NCBI GenBank assembly: GCA_963708025.1
Contig: CAVPSB010000032.1
Span: forward strand, 224,001 to 288,000
Direction: 5' to 3'
DNA from: an uncultured Candidatus Rokubacteria bacterium
GTDB lineage: Bacteria > Methylomirabilota > Methylomirabilia > Rokubacteriales > DASRDR01
DNA length: 64,000 nucleotides
In this document: positions 26,652 through 36,628 of the stretch, piece after piece
Position numbering within the stretch: position 1 is the first letter of the stretch
Layout: every line of letters begins with the position of its first letter
Position numbers and translations under genes: made by a program
The notes under the pieces: generated by a model
Seen by the model: the letters and a program-made list of their open reading frames with translations, nothing else
Databases searched by the model: none
What the model was told of the DNA's origin: nothing

Positions 26652-28201
26652 TCACAAGGGAATGTTCCCGTGCTTCTTCGGGGGATTCTGGTCGCGCTTG
26701 GTGTGCAGGGTCTCGAGCGCCTGGATCAGCCGGCGCCGCGTCTCTTTGGGCTCGATGACGTCATCGACGTAGCCGCGCTCGGCGGCCACGTAAGGATTGG
26801 CGAACTTCGCGCGGAACTCGGCCGTCCGCTCCTCGCGAAACCGCGCGGGGTCGCGCGCGTCGGCGAGCTCGCGCCGGTAGAGGACGTTGACGGCCCCTTC
26901 GGGCCCCATCACGGCGATCTCCGCCGTGGGGAAGGCGAAATTGGCGTCCCCTCGGATGTGCTTCGAGGACATCACGCAGTAGGCGCCGCCGTACGCCTTC
27001 CGCGTGATGACGGTGAGCTTGGGGACGGTGGCCTCCGCGAAGGCGAAGAGGAGCTTGGCCCCGTGCTTGATGATCCCGCCGAACTCCTGGGTCGTCCCCG
27101 GCAGGAAGCCCGGGACGTCCTCGAACGTGCAGAGCGGCAGGTTGAAGCAGTCGCAGAAGCGGACGAACCGGGCCCCCTTGAGCGACGCCGCGATGTCGAG
27201 GCACCCGGCCAGGTGGGCGGGCTGGTTGGCGACGACGCCGACCGGCCGGCCGCCGAGCCGCCCGAACCCGATCACGAGGTTCGGCGCGTAGTCCGGCTGC
27301 ACCTCGAAGAAATAGTGGTCGTCGAGGACCGTCTGGATCAGCTCCTTGATGTCGTAGGGCCGGGTCGGGTTGTCGGGCACCAGCGACTGGAGGGCCTCGT
27401 CCATGCGGTCCGGGGGATCGAGGGTGGGCCGGAGCGGCGGGTCCTCGAGGTTGTTCTGGGGGAGAAACGCCAGCAGCTCCCGGATGCCGGCCAGGCATTC
27501 CTCCTCGCTCTCGACCGCGAAGTGCGCCACCCCCGAGGTCCGAGCGTGGGTATCGGCCCCCCCAGCTCCTCGAAGGTCACCTCCTCGTGGGTCACCGACC
27601 GGATGACCTCCGGGCCCGTCACGAACATGTACGACGAGCCGCGCACCATGAAGACGAAGTCGGTGATCGCCGGGGAGTAGACGGCCCCGCCCGCGCAGGG
27701 ACCCATGACCGCCGAGATCTGGGGCACGACGCCGGAGGCCAGCGTGTTGCGGAGGAAGATGTCCGCGTACCCGGCCAGCGAGACGACGCCCTCCTGGATC
27801 CGCGCCCCGCCGGAGTCGTTGAGCCCGATGATCGGGACCCCGGTCTTGAGGGCCAGATCCATGATCTTGCAGATTTTCTGGGCGTAGGTGAGTGACAGCG
27901 AGCCCCCGAAGACGGTGAAGTCCTGGGCGAAGAGATAGGCGGGACGGCCGTGGATCCGGCCCGAGCCCGTGACGACGCCGTCCCCCGGGATCTTCTGCTC
28001 CGCCATCCCGAAGTCGGCGGCCTGGTGGACGACGAACCGGTCCATCTCGTCGAAGGAGCCCTTGTCCAGGAGAAGCTCGATCCGCTCCCGCGCCGTCCTC
28101 TTGCCCGCCTTGTGCTGGCGGGCGATGCGCTCCTCACCGCCGCCGACCTCGGCCTCCCGCCGCAGCCGGCGCAGCTCGGCGAAGCGCTCCTCGAGGGTCA
28201 C
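26652..28201 (-). CDS. pccB: propionyl-CoA/acyl-CoA carboxylase carboxyltransferase subunit; frameshift in C-run near 27560
   Basis: [39 protein letters not shown]; second frame [24 protein letters not shown]. Confidence 0.92.
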
Positions 28202-28209
28202 CTGTTCAA

Positions 28210-28299
28210 CAGGAGGGGGAGTCCCAACCACCGGATCGCCGGGACGCGCTCGGCCTGTGGCCTCGCGTCCGTCCCGTCCTTCCGGTGGTCCCCCTCCTG
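28210..28299. repeat. composite hairpin in pccB leader containing the 34-bp module also found in family B
   Basis: Outer arms CAGGAGGGGG..ACCACCGGA / TCCGGTGGT CCCCCTCCTG; 28243-28276 is the reverse complement of 32211-32244 with 2 mismatches. Confidence 0.75.
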
Positions 28300-28365
28300 G
28301 ACCTCCCCCACCTGGGGGTCGCTCGGTCAGCTCCGGGGCGGCATTGGAGTGAAACATCGGTTGGC

Positions 28366-28452
28366 ATTATACGGGCGACGTCGCCGGAGCGTCAAACCCG
28401 CTGGCCCGAAAAGGGCCGCCAATTTGACGGCGGAATGGCTGTCTGTTACGGT
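28366..28452. promoter_or_regulatory. divergent promoters (pccB; DUF948-ytxH)
   Basis: Minus: TTGACG-N18-TATAAT (28395-28366). Plus: TTGACG-N17-TACGGT with TG (28424-28452). Confidence 0.7.
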
Positions 28453-28503
28453 AAGGCACGGCCCGCACCGCGCACACCGGATTCGGGAAGAGGGGTCCAA
28501 CCC

Positions 28504-28890
28504 GTGCTCAGCGCCGCGGCACTCATCGCCAGCCTGGCCCTTCTCGGCCTCGTCCTGGCCGCCATTCCCGCGCTCCTTCAGCTCCGGCGGACGACCCAGG
28601 CCGCGGAGCAGACCCTGGCCACGCTCGAGCGCGAGGTGCGCCCCCTGATATCCCAGCTCCACGCCCTGCTGCAGGACCACCGGGAGCTGGCCCAGCGCGG
28701 GACGCGCGACCTCCGGGAGCTGGAAGGGCTGCTCCTCATGGCTCAGGAGGTGATCGGCCGGCTGATCAAGCTGACCGGGATCCTCGGTGGCATCGGCACG
28801 GTCAGGCGAGTGTACGGTCTGGCGCAGGGGCTGCGCAAGGGGCTCGACGTCTTCATCCAGCGACTGGGACACGGCAAGCGGTCCGGATAG
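28504..28890 (+). CDS. DUF948 family membrane-anchored coiled-coil protein
   Basis: N-terminal TM followed by a helical region; typical partner of YtxH. Confidence 0.75.
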   Translation: MLSAAALIASLALLGLVLAAIPALLQLRRTTQAAEQTLATLEREVRPLISQLHALLQDHRELAQRGTRDLRELEGLLLMAQEVIGRLIKLTGILGGIGTVRRVYGLAQGLRKGLDVFIQRLGHGKRSG

Positions 28891-28901
28891 GAGGGCACAC
28901 G

Positions 28902-29273
28902 ATGGCAGACGACCGACGGGACGACCTGAACTTCCTGGGCGCACTGGGGCTGATCACCGTGGGCGCCATCATCGGCGCCGGCGTCGCGCTGCTCCTGGCG
29001 CCGAAGACCGGCGAGGAGACGCGGGAGCTGCTGAAGGAGAAGGGGGTGGACTTCGCCCGGCGGGCCCAGGGTCGCGGCTCCGAGTTCGCCCGCCGAGCCC
29101 AGGAGACGGTGGGCGAGGCTCAGGTCAAGGCTCAAGAGGTCCTGGGACGCGGCAAGGAGGTCGTGGAGGAGAAGTCGGCTCAGCTCCGGGCGGCCTTCGA
29201 GGCCGGCCGCAGCGCCATGCGGGAGGAGATCTCGAAGCTCCGCGGTCGCGACGAGCCGATGGAGGGCGTCTAG
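28902..29273 (+). CDS. YtxH domain protein
   Basis: GAIIGAGVALLLAPKTGEETR motif; GGAGG RBS. Confidence 0.92.
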   Translation: MADDRRDDLNFLGALGLITVGAIIGAGVALLLAPKTGEETRELLKEKGVDFARRAQGRGSEFARRAQETVGEAQVKAQEVLGRGKEVVEEKSAQLRAAFEAGRSAMREEISKLRGRDEPMEGV

Positions 29274-29306
29274 ATCCTCGGGGGGGTCTCGGAAGACCCC
29301 CCCGAT
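29274..29306 (+). repeat. family A repeat copy 5 (5' hairpin only)
   Basis: TCGGGGGGGTCT-CGGA-AGACCCCCCCGA perfect stem right after the ytxH stop. Confidence 0.85.
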
Positions 29307-29427
29307 TCCGTACCTTACGGGTTGGGTGGGTGGGGCCGGCGGCAGAGCCGCCGCTCGAACCGCTCCCCAGGCTCGAACAGGCGACCTACCGTCCAGTCCT
29401 ACCTCGACAGGCTCTTCGCTCCGTGCG

Positions 29428-30498
29428 TCAGCGGGCCGGCTCGGCCCTCCTGAGCTGATCCTCCTCTACTTCGGGATCCCACTGGGTGGCGGCGGAGGGG
29501 CCGGCGGCCGCCATCCGGGTCAGCAGCCGCTCGTGGAGGGCGTGGGTCTTGGCGCTCCGACAGCCGTCCCGCTGGGCCAGCACCGGGTCGAGCGCCGCCC
29601 GCGCGCCCGCGATGTCGGCCGATCCCTCGCGCTCCTGGTCGATCAGCCGCCGGTAGATCCGCGTCAGCTCGCCGATGAGCGGGGCCGGATACTCCCGCCC
29701 CTGGATCTTCAGCGTGGTGACGCCCAGGGCCAGGTAGCGGGGGACGTCGTCGAGCAGGTTGTAGATCTCGTTGTTCGACCGCTCCAGGTAGTTCAGCACC
29801 CGGGCCGGGAACTTCTCGGCGATCTCGGGGACGTGATTGCCAAGACAGGGCCGGTAGCACACGCCACCCCGGTCCGGGTTGCCGATCAGCTTGATCCGGC
29901 GGCTCCCATCGGTGTCGTTCACCACCTGCTCCTCGAAGTACGGCGCGAAGTAGTCGTACAGGCGGCAGCCTCCCACCCCGGTGATGCAGCGGTTCGAGTG
30001 GATCAGCAGCTCGACGCCGATGCCGGCCTCGTCCGCCTCGCGCGTGAGGGCCGCGATGCGGTCGAAGCTCGACAGCGCGGTGGAGGCGACGAACTGGGTC
30101 GCCCCCGCCTCCCGGGCCCGCTCCATCGCCGCCCGGTCGCGGATGTTGCAGGCGACGCTGGCGTGGATGGTGATCTCGGGGAAGCGCGCGTGGACCTCTC
30201 GCATGGCGTCGTGGGACTTCATGATGAAGCCATCGACGCCGGCCGCGGCGTACCGCTCCACCTTCCGCATCAGCTCGGCGTGATCGGCGGGGTCGATGTC
30301 GACGTTGAGGGCCACCCGGAGCCGGGCTCCGTGGTCGTGGGCCCGCTCGGCCGATTCCAGGACCTCGTCGTGGGTCAGCTCGTAGGCCGCCTCCCGCCGA
30401 CTCCACCCCCGGGGCCCCACGTAGACCGAGTTCGCCCCGGCCGTCAGGGCGTCCCGGACCATCTCCATCGACCCGCCGGGCGCCAGTAACTCCGTCAT
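29428..30498 (-). CDS. U32 family Fe-S protein (UbiU/TrhP/RlhA-like)
   Basis: ELLAPGG, GANSVYVG, IHASV, CITGVGGC...GGVCYRPC, LKIQGR. Confidence 0.9.
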   Translation of the reverse strand: MTELLAPGGSMEMVRDALTAGANSVYVGPRGWSRREAAYELTHDEVLESAERAHDHGARLRVALNVDIDPADHAELMRKVERYAAAGVDGFIMKSHDAMREVHARFPEITIHASVACNIRDRAAMERAREAGATQFVASTALSSFDRIAALTREADEAGIGVELLIHSNRCITGVGGCRLYDYFAPYFEEQVVNDTDGSRRIKLIGNPDRGGVCYRPCLGNHVPEIAEKFPARVLNYLERSNNEIYNLLDDVPRYLALGVTTLKIQGREYPAPLIGELTRIYRRLIDQEREGSADIAGARAALDPVLAQRDGCRSAKTHALHERLLTRMAAAGPSAATQWDPEVEEDQLRRAEPAR

Positions 30499-30503
30499 TT
30501 GGT

Positions 30504-30570
30504 TCCTCCCGCCTACCCCCCCAGCCCCCCTCCCCCACCCACCGGGGGGAGGGGGGAGCCGGAGGCGTCG
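30504..30570 (-). repeat. family C repeat without module
   Basis: CCTCCCGCCTACCCCCCCAGCCCCCCTCCCCCACCCACCGGGGGGAGGGGGGAGCCGGAG; inverted near-identical copy at 58350-58423. Confidence 0.9.
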
Positions 30571-30609
30571 GTCGCATTGCATGCTCTCGGATCCGATTCA
30601 TTCGCGTGC

Positions 30610-32008
30610 TCACAGGTGGATCGCTTGCCCCATCGCGTCGAGGGCCGCCTCCATGACCGCCTCCGACAGCGTGGGGTGGGCATGGATCGTGTGGCCGACC
30701 TCCTCCACCGTGGCCTCCAGCGTCTTGCCGAGCCCGAACTCGGCGATCAGCTCGGTGGCCTCGGCGCCGAGGATGTGAACGCCGAGGATCTCCCCGGTGT
30801 CGGCAGCCGCGACGATCTTGACCAGGCCCTCGGGCTCGCCGAGCGCCTGGGCCTTGCCGTTGGCCAGGAACTGGTACCGGCCGACCCGCACCTCGCCCCC
30901 GCGCTCCCGGGCCTGGGCCTCGGTGAGCCCGAGACTGGCCACCTGGGGGTGGCAGTACGTGCAGCTCGGGACGGCCTGGTAGTTCACCCCGTGGGTCTCC
31001 CGCCCCGCGATCGTCTCGGCGGCCACGATGCCCTCCGCGCTCGCCTTGTGGGCGAGGAGCGGCGGGCCGGCCACGTCGCCGATCGCGTAGACGCCGGGAA
31101 CCGAGCTCTCCATGTGCGGGGTCACCTTCACGAAGCCGCGCTCCATCGCCACGCCGGCCCCCTCCAGCCCCACCCCGCGGCTCTTCGCGCCGCGCCCCAC
31201 CGCCATCAGGACCTGCTCGGCCGCCAGGCGGGCGGCCTTCCCCTCGTGCTCGATCTCCACCGTCACCCCGTCGCCCGTGGTCGTGACCGCCTGGACCCGG
31301 GCACCCGTCCGGACGTCGATCTGCCGCCGGGCGAAGCTCCGGGCGAGCAGTCGGGAGATCTCCTCGTCCTCGATCGGCAGGAGGCGGGGCAGCGCCTCGA
31401 CAATCGTGACCCGGGTGCCGTACGCGGCGAAGACGTCCGCGAACTCGACGCCCACCGCCCCGGCGCCGATCACGATGACCGACGCCGGCAGCCGCTCGAG
31501 GCGGAGGGCGTGGTCCGAGCTGATGACCCGGATGCCGTCGATGGCGACGCCGGGCAGGCTCTTTGGCTCGGCGCCGGTCGCCAGGAGCACCGCCGCGGGC
31601 CTCCAGCGTCCGGGCCGCCCCCTGGGCCGGATGGACGCGGACGGCGCCGGGACCGCTCAGCTCCCCGCGGCCGGGAATCAGGGTGATCCTGTTCTTCCGG
31701 AACAGGAACTCGACGCCCTTGGACATGCGGTCCGACACCTGGCGGCTCCGCCGATAGGCCACCGCGTAGTCGGCGCGCAGGTTGTCGAAGCTCACCCCGA
31801 AGTCCGCCGCCCGGTGGAGGAGCTGGAGCACCTCGGCGTTGCGCAGCAGCGCCTTGGTCGGGATGCAGCCCCAGTTCAGGCAGATGCCGCCCGGGCGCTC
31901 GGCCTCGACCACCGCCGTCCGGAGGCCGAGCTGAGCGGCGCGAATGGCGCCGACGTAACCGCCGGGGCCGGAGCCCACCACGACGACGTCGAACCGCTCG
32001 GTCGCCAC
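30610..32008 (-). CDS. lpdA: dihydrolipoyl dehydrogenase; frameshift near 31595
   Basis: GSGPGG, GGICLNWGCIPTK; second frame ATG, GAGAVG, AIGD, HAHPTLSE. Confidence 0.95.
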
Positions 32009-32063
32009 CGACTAGGGCCTAGGGCGTTGAAGCGACAAAGTCATGGCAGATGACTCAACTTCT

Positions 32064-32284
32064 CGGGCGGGGCCGAGGAGCGAGCAGCGCCCACAGGCCG
32101 AAGGCCGTCCGAGGGCCGCAGGGAGTCGCCGACCGCCAGCGGACTCCGAGTACGCCGAGGATCGGCGACGACCCCAAAGGCCGAAGGCCGTCCGAACGAC
32201 GACCATAGGTCGGGACGGACGCGAGGCCGTAGGCCGAGCGCGTCACGACCGAGATGAACATTGCGACGCTCATCGGCCCGCCCG
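32064..32284 (-). repeat. family B structured repeat copy 1
   Basis: Core GCAGGGAGTCGCCGACCG...ACTCCGAGTACGCCGAGGATCGGCGACGACC with pairing termini; copies at 41920, 51505, 63675. Confidence 0.9.
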
Positions 32285-33658
32285 CTAGACGAGCAGGCCG
32301 AGCGGCGCTTCCAGCAGCCCCTTGAGGTCCGCCAGGAAGCGGGCGCCCATCGCCCCGTCCATCACCCGGTGGTCGCACGAGATCGTGACCCGCATGCGCT
32401 TGCCGACGGCGAGCTGGCCGCCCACCACCACCGGCTTGTCGAGGATCGCGCCCACCGCCAGGATCGCCCCCTCCGGCGGGTTGATGATGGCGGAGAACTC
32501 ATCGACCGGGAACATCCCCAGGTTCGACACCGTGAAGGTGGCGCCGGAGAGCTCCTGGCCGCGCAGCTTGCGGCCCCGGGTGCGCTCCACGAGGTCACGG
32601 GCCTCGGCGGCGATCTGGAAGAGGCTCTTCTGGTCGGCGTCGCGGAGGACTGGGGTGATGAGGCCGTCGTCCAGGGCGACCGCGATCCCCATGTGCACCG
32701 CGCGGTAGCGCCGGACCGCCTGGCCCTGGAAGCTCGCGTTGACGCCGGGATGCTTCACGAGGGCGAGCGCGCAGGCCCGGACGATGAGGTCGGTGAAGGT
32801 GACCTTGGGGGCGTCCGGCAGGGCCTGGAGCTCCTCACGCAGCGCCACCGCCCGCTCCATCGCGATCTCGGTCGTCACGTAGAAGTGCGGGACCGGCGCC
32901 TTGGACTGCGTCATCTGCTTGGCGATCGCGGCCCGGATCGCCGTCAGCGGCTGGTCCTCGAATTCGGCTTCCGGCCGGACCTCCCGGAGCGGGGTCGGGC
33001 GCGGAGCCGCCGCCGGGCGCGTCGCGGCGGGAGCGGCCGGCGCCGGGGCGGCCCGGCCGGCGGCGACGAAGGCGTCCACGTCCCGCTGGATGACCCGTCC
33101 GCCGGGACCGCTTCCCTTGATCGCGCCGAGGTCCACCCCCGCCTTCTGGGCGAGCTTCCGGGCCAGCGGGGAGGCGCGGAGCCGCTGGCCGGGGACCGGC
33201 GGCCCCTCGTCCACCGGTGGGGCCTCGACCGCCGCCGCGACGGCGGTCGCCGCCGGGGCTCGCCGCACCTCGGCCGGCGAGGGCGACGGGGCGGTGGGCA
33301 CGATCCGCGCGCCCGCGGCCTGGGCGTCGGCGACCGTCGGCGTGGCCCGGGCCGGCTCGGGACGCGCGGGCGCGGATGGTGCACCCGCGCCGCCGACCAG
33401 GCTCGAGATGTCCTCGCCGGGCTCGGCGATGACGGCGATCAGGCTGCCGACCGGCACGCTCGCCCCGGGGGCGATGAGGACCTTCCTCAGGACCCCGGAG
33501 CCGAAGGCTTCGAGCTCGATGTCGGCCTTGTCGGTCTCGACCTCGGCGACGATATCACCGCCCGCGACTGGCTCGCCCTCCTGCTTGAGCCAGCGCAGGA
33601 GCTTGCCGGTCTCCATCGCCTCGGACAGCTTCGGCATCACGACCTTGGTCACCGCCAT
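32285..33658 (-). CDS. pdhC: pyruvate dehydrogenase E2
   Basis: Lipoyl domain ETDKA, E3-binding ASPLAR..GSGPGGR, catalytic DHRVMDG. Confidence 0.95.
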   Translation of the reverse strand: MAVTKVVMPKLSEAMETGKLLRWLKQEGEPVAGGDIVAEVETDKADIELEAFGSGVLRKVLIAPGASVPVGSLIAVIAEPGEDISSLVGGAGAPSAPARPEPARATPTVADAQAAGARIVPTAPSPSPAEVRRAPAATAVAAAVEAPPVDEGPPVPGQRLRASPLARKLAQKAGVDLGAIKGSGPGGRVIQRDVDAFVAAGRAAPAPAAPAATRPAAAPRPTPLREVRPEAEFEDQPLTAIRAAIAKQMTQSKAPVPHFYVTTEIAMERAVALREELQALPDAPKVTFTDLIVRACALALVKHPGVNASFQGQAVRRYRAVHMGIAVALDDGLITPVLRDADQKSLFQIAAEARDLVERTRGRKLRGQELSGATFTVSNLGMFPVDEFSAIINPPEGAILAVGAILDKPVVVGGQLAVGKRMRVTISCDHRVMDGAMGARFLADLKGLLEAPLGLLV

Positions 33659-33686
33659 GGTTCCTCCGGGTACCGGGCAGGAAGCG

Positions 33687-33793
33687 GGCTAGTGCCGTTC
33701 CAACTTGCTCCGGCTAGTGCTTTCGAATGCCGCAAGTCCGTGCTTCAAGAATCGCTTGCCCATTTGGCTCATGGAGTTGGAACGGCACTAGCC
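33687..33793. mobile_element. MITE-like element with 19-bp perfect terminal inverted repeat
   Basis: GGCTAGTGCCGTTCCAACT ... AGTTGGAACGGCACTAGCC; AT-richer interior; CTAG at both ends. Confidence 0.8.
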
Positions 33794-34774
33794 GACGGCG
33801 CAGACCTTGCGCAGCGCCTCGACGATCTTCTCCCTGGACGGCGTCTTCAGCCGCTCGAGGTTCTTCGCGTAGGGCATCGGGGCGTTGGCGCCGGTGATGC
33901 GCACGACCGGAGCGTCTAGATCGTCGAACGCGCTCTCGGTGATGAAGGCGGCGATCTCCGAGCCCATCCCGGCGAAGCCGGCGCCGGATTCGGCGACGAG
34001 CGCCCGGTGCGTCTTCCGCACCGAGGCCAGGATGGTGTCCGTGTCCATGGGTCGCAGGGTGCGGGGATCGACGATCTCCACCGAGATCCCGTCCGTCCGC
34101 TCGACCTCCTCCGCCGCCTCCAGCACCCGGTAGTACATCCCGGAGTACGCGACCGCCGTCACGTCCCGCCCTTCGCGCTTGACCTCGGCGACGCCGAGCG
34201 GGATCAGGAAGTCGGGGTCCTCGGGAACCTCCCCCTTCACGCCGTAGAGCGTCTCGGACTCGATGAAGATCACCGGGTTGTCGTCCCGGATCGCGCTCTT
34301 GAGCAGGCCCTTGGCGTCCCGGGGGGTGGTGGGCCGGACGACCTTGAGGCCCGGCACGTGGTAGAAATACGTCTCCATCGACTGCGAGTGCTGGGCGGCG
34401 AGTTGGTGGGCGGGGCCGCCGGGGCCGCGGACCACGATCGGGCAGCTGAACTGCCCCCCCGACATGTAGTGGAGCTTGGCGGCGTGGTTGACGATCTGGT
34501 CGAGGGCCACCAGCGCGAAGTTGAACGTCATCATCTCGATGATCGGCCGCAGGCCGACCATGGCCGACCCGATCCCGACGCCGGTGAAGCCGGATTCGCA
34601 GATCGGCGTGTCGATGACCCGGCGCTCCCCGAACTTCTCCAGGAGACCCTGGCTCACCTTGTAGGCGCCGCCGTAGATTCCAACCTCCTCGCCGATCAGG
34701 TAGACGCGCTCGTCCCGCTCCATCTCCTCCCGATGGGCGTGGTTGAGCGCTTCGCGGTAGGTTATCACCGCCAT
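33788..34774 (-). CDS. pdhB: pyruvate dehydrogenase E1 beta
   Basis: GEEVG.YGGAYKVS, DTPICE, AQHSQ, DPRTLRP. Confidence 0.96.
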   Translation of the reverse strand: MAVITYREALNHAHREEMERDERVYLIGEEVGIYGGAYKVSQGLLEKFGERRVIDTPICESGFTGVGIGSAMVGLRPIIEMMTFNFALVALDQIVNHAAKLHYMSGGQFSCPIVVRGPGGPAHQLAAQHSQSMETYFYHVPGLKVVRPTTPRDAKGLLKSAIRDDNPVIFIESETLYGVKGEVPEDPDFLIPLGVAEVKREGRDVTAVAYSGMYYRVLEAAEEVERTDGISVEIVDPRTLRPMDTDTILASVRKTHRALVAESGAGFAGMGSEIAAFITESAFDDLDAPVVRITGANAPMPYAKNLERLKTPSREKIVEALRKVCAVG

Positions 34775-34789
34775 CGCCGGCCTACCCCG

Positions 34790-35800
34790 CTACGCATACA
34801 CGTCCTCGTAGAGCCACTCGGGCGGAGGCTCCGGCGAGGCCTCGGCGAACGCCACCGCCTCGGCCACCCGCGCCTCGACCTCCTCGGTGATGGCCTTCCA
34901 GCCGGCCTCGTCGAGGTGACCCTCGCGGAGGAGCTGGTCGCGGAAGCCACTGATGGGGTCGCGCAGCTTCTCCTGCTCGACCTCCTCCTTGGTCCGGTAG
35001 ACCGCCGCCGACGGGTCTCGCATCGAGTGGCCCCGGAACCGATAGGTCCGCGCCTCGATCAGGCTCGGCGTCCGGGACTCCCGGGCCCGCACCACCGCCC
35101 GGCCCACACACTCGCGGACCGCCAGGACGTCCATCCCGTTGCAGGCCTCGCCGGGGATCTTGTACGACTCCGCGAAGCGGTAGATCTCGGTCTGGGCCAG
35201 CGCGCGGTGGATCGCCGTCCCCATCGCGTACCGGTTGTTCTCGCAGATGAAGACGACCGGCAGCTTCCAGAGCGCGGCGAGGTTGAGCGACTCGTGGAAC
35301 TCGCCCTGCGGGACCGAGCCGTCCCCGAAGAAGCACAGGATGACCCGGTCCTGCTCCTGGTACCGGATGGCGAAGCCGACCCCGGTCGCGATCGGCAGGT
35401 ACCCGCCGACGATGGCGTGGCCGCCGAGGAAGTTCACCGATCGATCGAAGAGGTGCATCGAGCCGCCCTTGCCCTTGGACACCCCGTCGCGCCGGCCGAA
35501 CAGCTCGGCCATCAGGCGCCGGGGATCCGAGCCCTTGCTCAGGGCGTGGCCGTGCTCCCGGTAGCCGGCGATGGCGTAGTCGTCCGGGCGGAGCGTCGAG
35601 ATGGCGCCCACCGCCACCGCTTCCTGGCCGATGTACAGGTGCAGGAACCCGCCGATCTTGCCGAGCGCGTACATCTCGGCCGCCTTCTCCTCGAAGCGGC
35701 GGATCAGCAGCATCTGGGCGAGGAGGTCGCGCCAGACCTTGCCGTTCTCGCGCGGCTCCTCTCGTCGAACCCCGGCGTCCTTCTTGTCCCTGGTTACCAC
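34790..35800 (-). CDS. pdhA: pyruvate dehydrogenase E1 alpha
   Basis: GFLHLYIGQEA, GGSMH, TPP motif GDG...NN, YRFRGHSMRD. Confidence 0.96.
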   Translation of the reverse strand: MVTRDKKDAGVRREEPRENGKVWRDLLAQMLLIRRFEEKAAEMYALGKIGGFLHLYIGQEAVAVGAISTLRPDDYAIAGYREHGHALSKGSDPRRLMAELFGRRDGVSKGKGGSMHLFDRSVNFLGGHAIVGGYLPIATGVGFAIRYQEQDRVILCFFGDGSVPQGEFHESLNLAALWKLPVVFICENNRYAMGTAIHRALAQTEIYRFAESYKIPGEACNGMDVLAVRECVGRAVVRARESRTPSLIEARTYRFRGHSMRDPSAAVYRTKEEVEQEKLRDPISGFRDQLLREGHLDEAGWKAITEEVEARVAEAVAFAEASPEPPPEWLYEDVYA

Positions 35801-35828
35801 GCTCAGCCTCCGAGGCGTTCCTCGCCCG

Positions 35829-36131
35829 TCACCAGCGCATCAGCGACAGGTCGTCCACGCTGATGCGGTACCGGGCCCGGAAGATCGCCACGATGATGGC
35901 GAGGCCGACCGCGACCTCGGCCGCCGCCACCGTCATGACGAAGAACACGATGATCTGACCATCGACCACGCCTCGCGAGCGCCCGAAGGCCACGAAGGCC
36001 AGGTTGGCGGCGTTCAGCATGAGCTCGATGGACATGAAGATGACCAGCGGATTGCGCCGCACCAGGACGCCGATCACCCCGATCGTGAAGAGCACGGCCG
36101 AGAGCGCCGCGTAGTAGCTCGGCGGCACCAT
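35829..36131 (-). CDS. nuoK: NADH-quinone oxidoreductase subunit K
   Basis: [20 protein letters not shown]. Confidence 0.96.
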   Translation of the reverse strand: MVPPSYYAALSAVLFTIGVIGVLVRRNPLVIFMSIELMLNAANLAFVAFGRSRGVVDGQIIVFFVMTVAAAEVAVGLAIIVAIFRARYRISVDDLSLMRW

Positions 36132-36135
36132 GGGA

Positions 36136-36627
36136 TCAGCCCGACCGCCGCTTGGCCAGCGTCAAGGCGCCGACCAGCGCGGCCAGCAGGAGCACCGACG
36201 TCACCTCGAACGGGAACAGGTAGTCGGTGAAGAGCAGCTGCCCGATCCCGCGGGCGCCGACCGGGGCCATGGGACTCACGGCACGGGACCCCGCGTAGGG
36301 CAACACGAGCACGACCACCAGGCCGAGCATGGCGGCGAACGGCAGCGCCAGGAGCCGCTGGGGACCGAGCGGGTCGGGGCCGGTCTCGGAGCGACCCGGG
36401 ATCAGCATCATGATCGCGAAGATGAACAGCACCATGATCGCGCCAGCGTACACGATCACCTGGGCCAGCGCGAGGAACTCGGCGCGGAGCATGAGGTAGA
36501 GGATGGCGACGCAGAACAGGTTGCCGACCAGGAACAGGGCGCCGTGGAGCGGGTTCGGCCGGACGACCAGCCCGACCGCGGAGCCAATCGCGCAGCCGGC
36601 CACCACGAGGAAGACGACCCACTCCAT
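36136..36627 (-). CDS. nuoJ: NADH-quinone oxidoreductase subunit J
   Basis: [30 protein letters not shown]. Confidence 0.95.
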   Translation of the reverse strand: MEWVVFLVVAGCAIGSAVGLVVRPNPLHGALFLVGNLFCVAILYLMLRAEFLALAQVIVYAGAIMVLFIFAIMMLIPGRSETGPDPLGPQRLLALPFAAMLGLVVVLVLPYAGSRAVSPMAPVGARGIGQLLFTDYLFPFEVTSVLLLAALVGALTLAKRRSG

Positions 36628-36628
36628 G

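Noticed and set aside
32010-32062. AT-richer CTAG-containing segment upstream of lpdA as another MITE
   Set aside because: Only a short AGTCAT/ATGACT inverted repeat and no matching second end.
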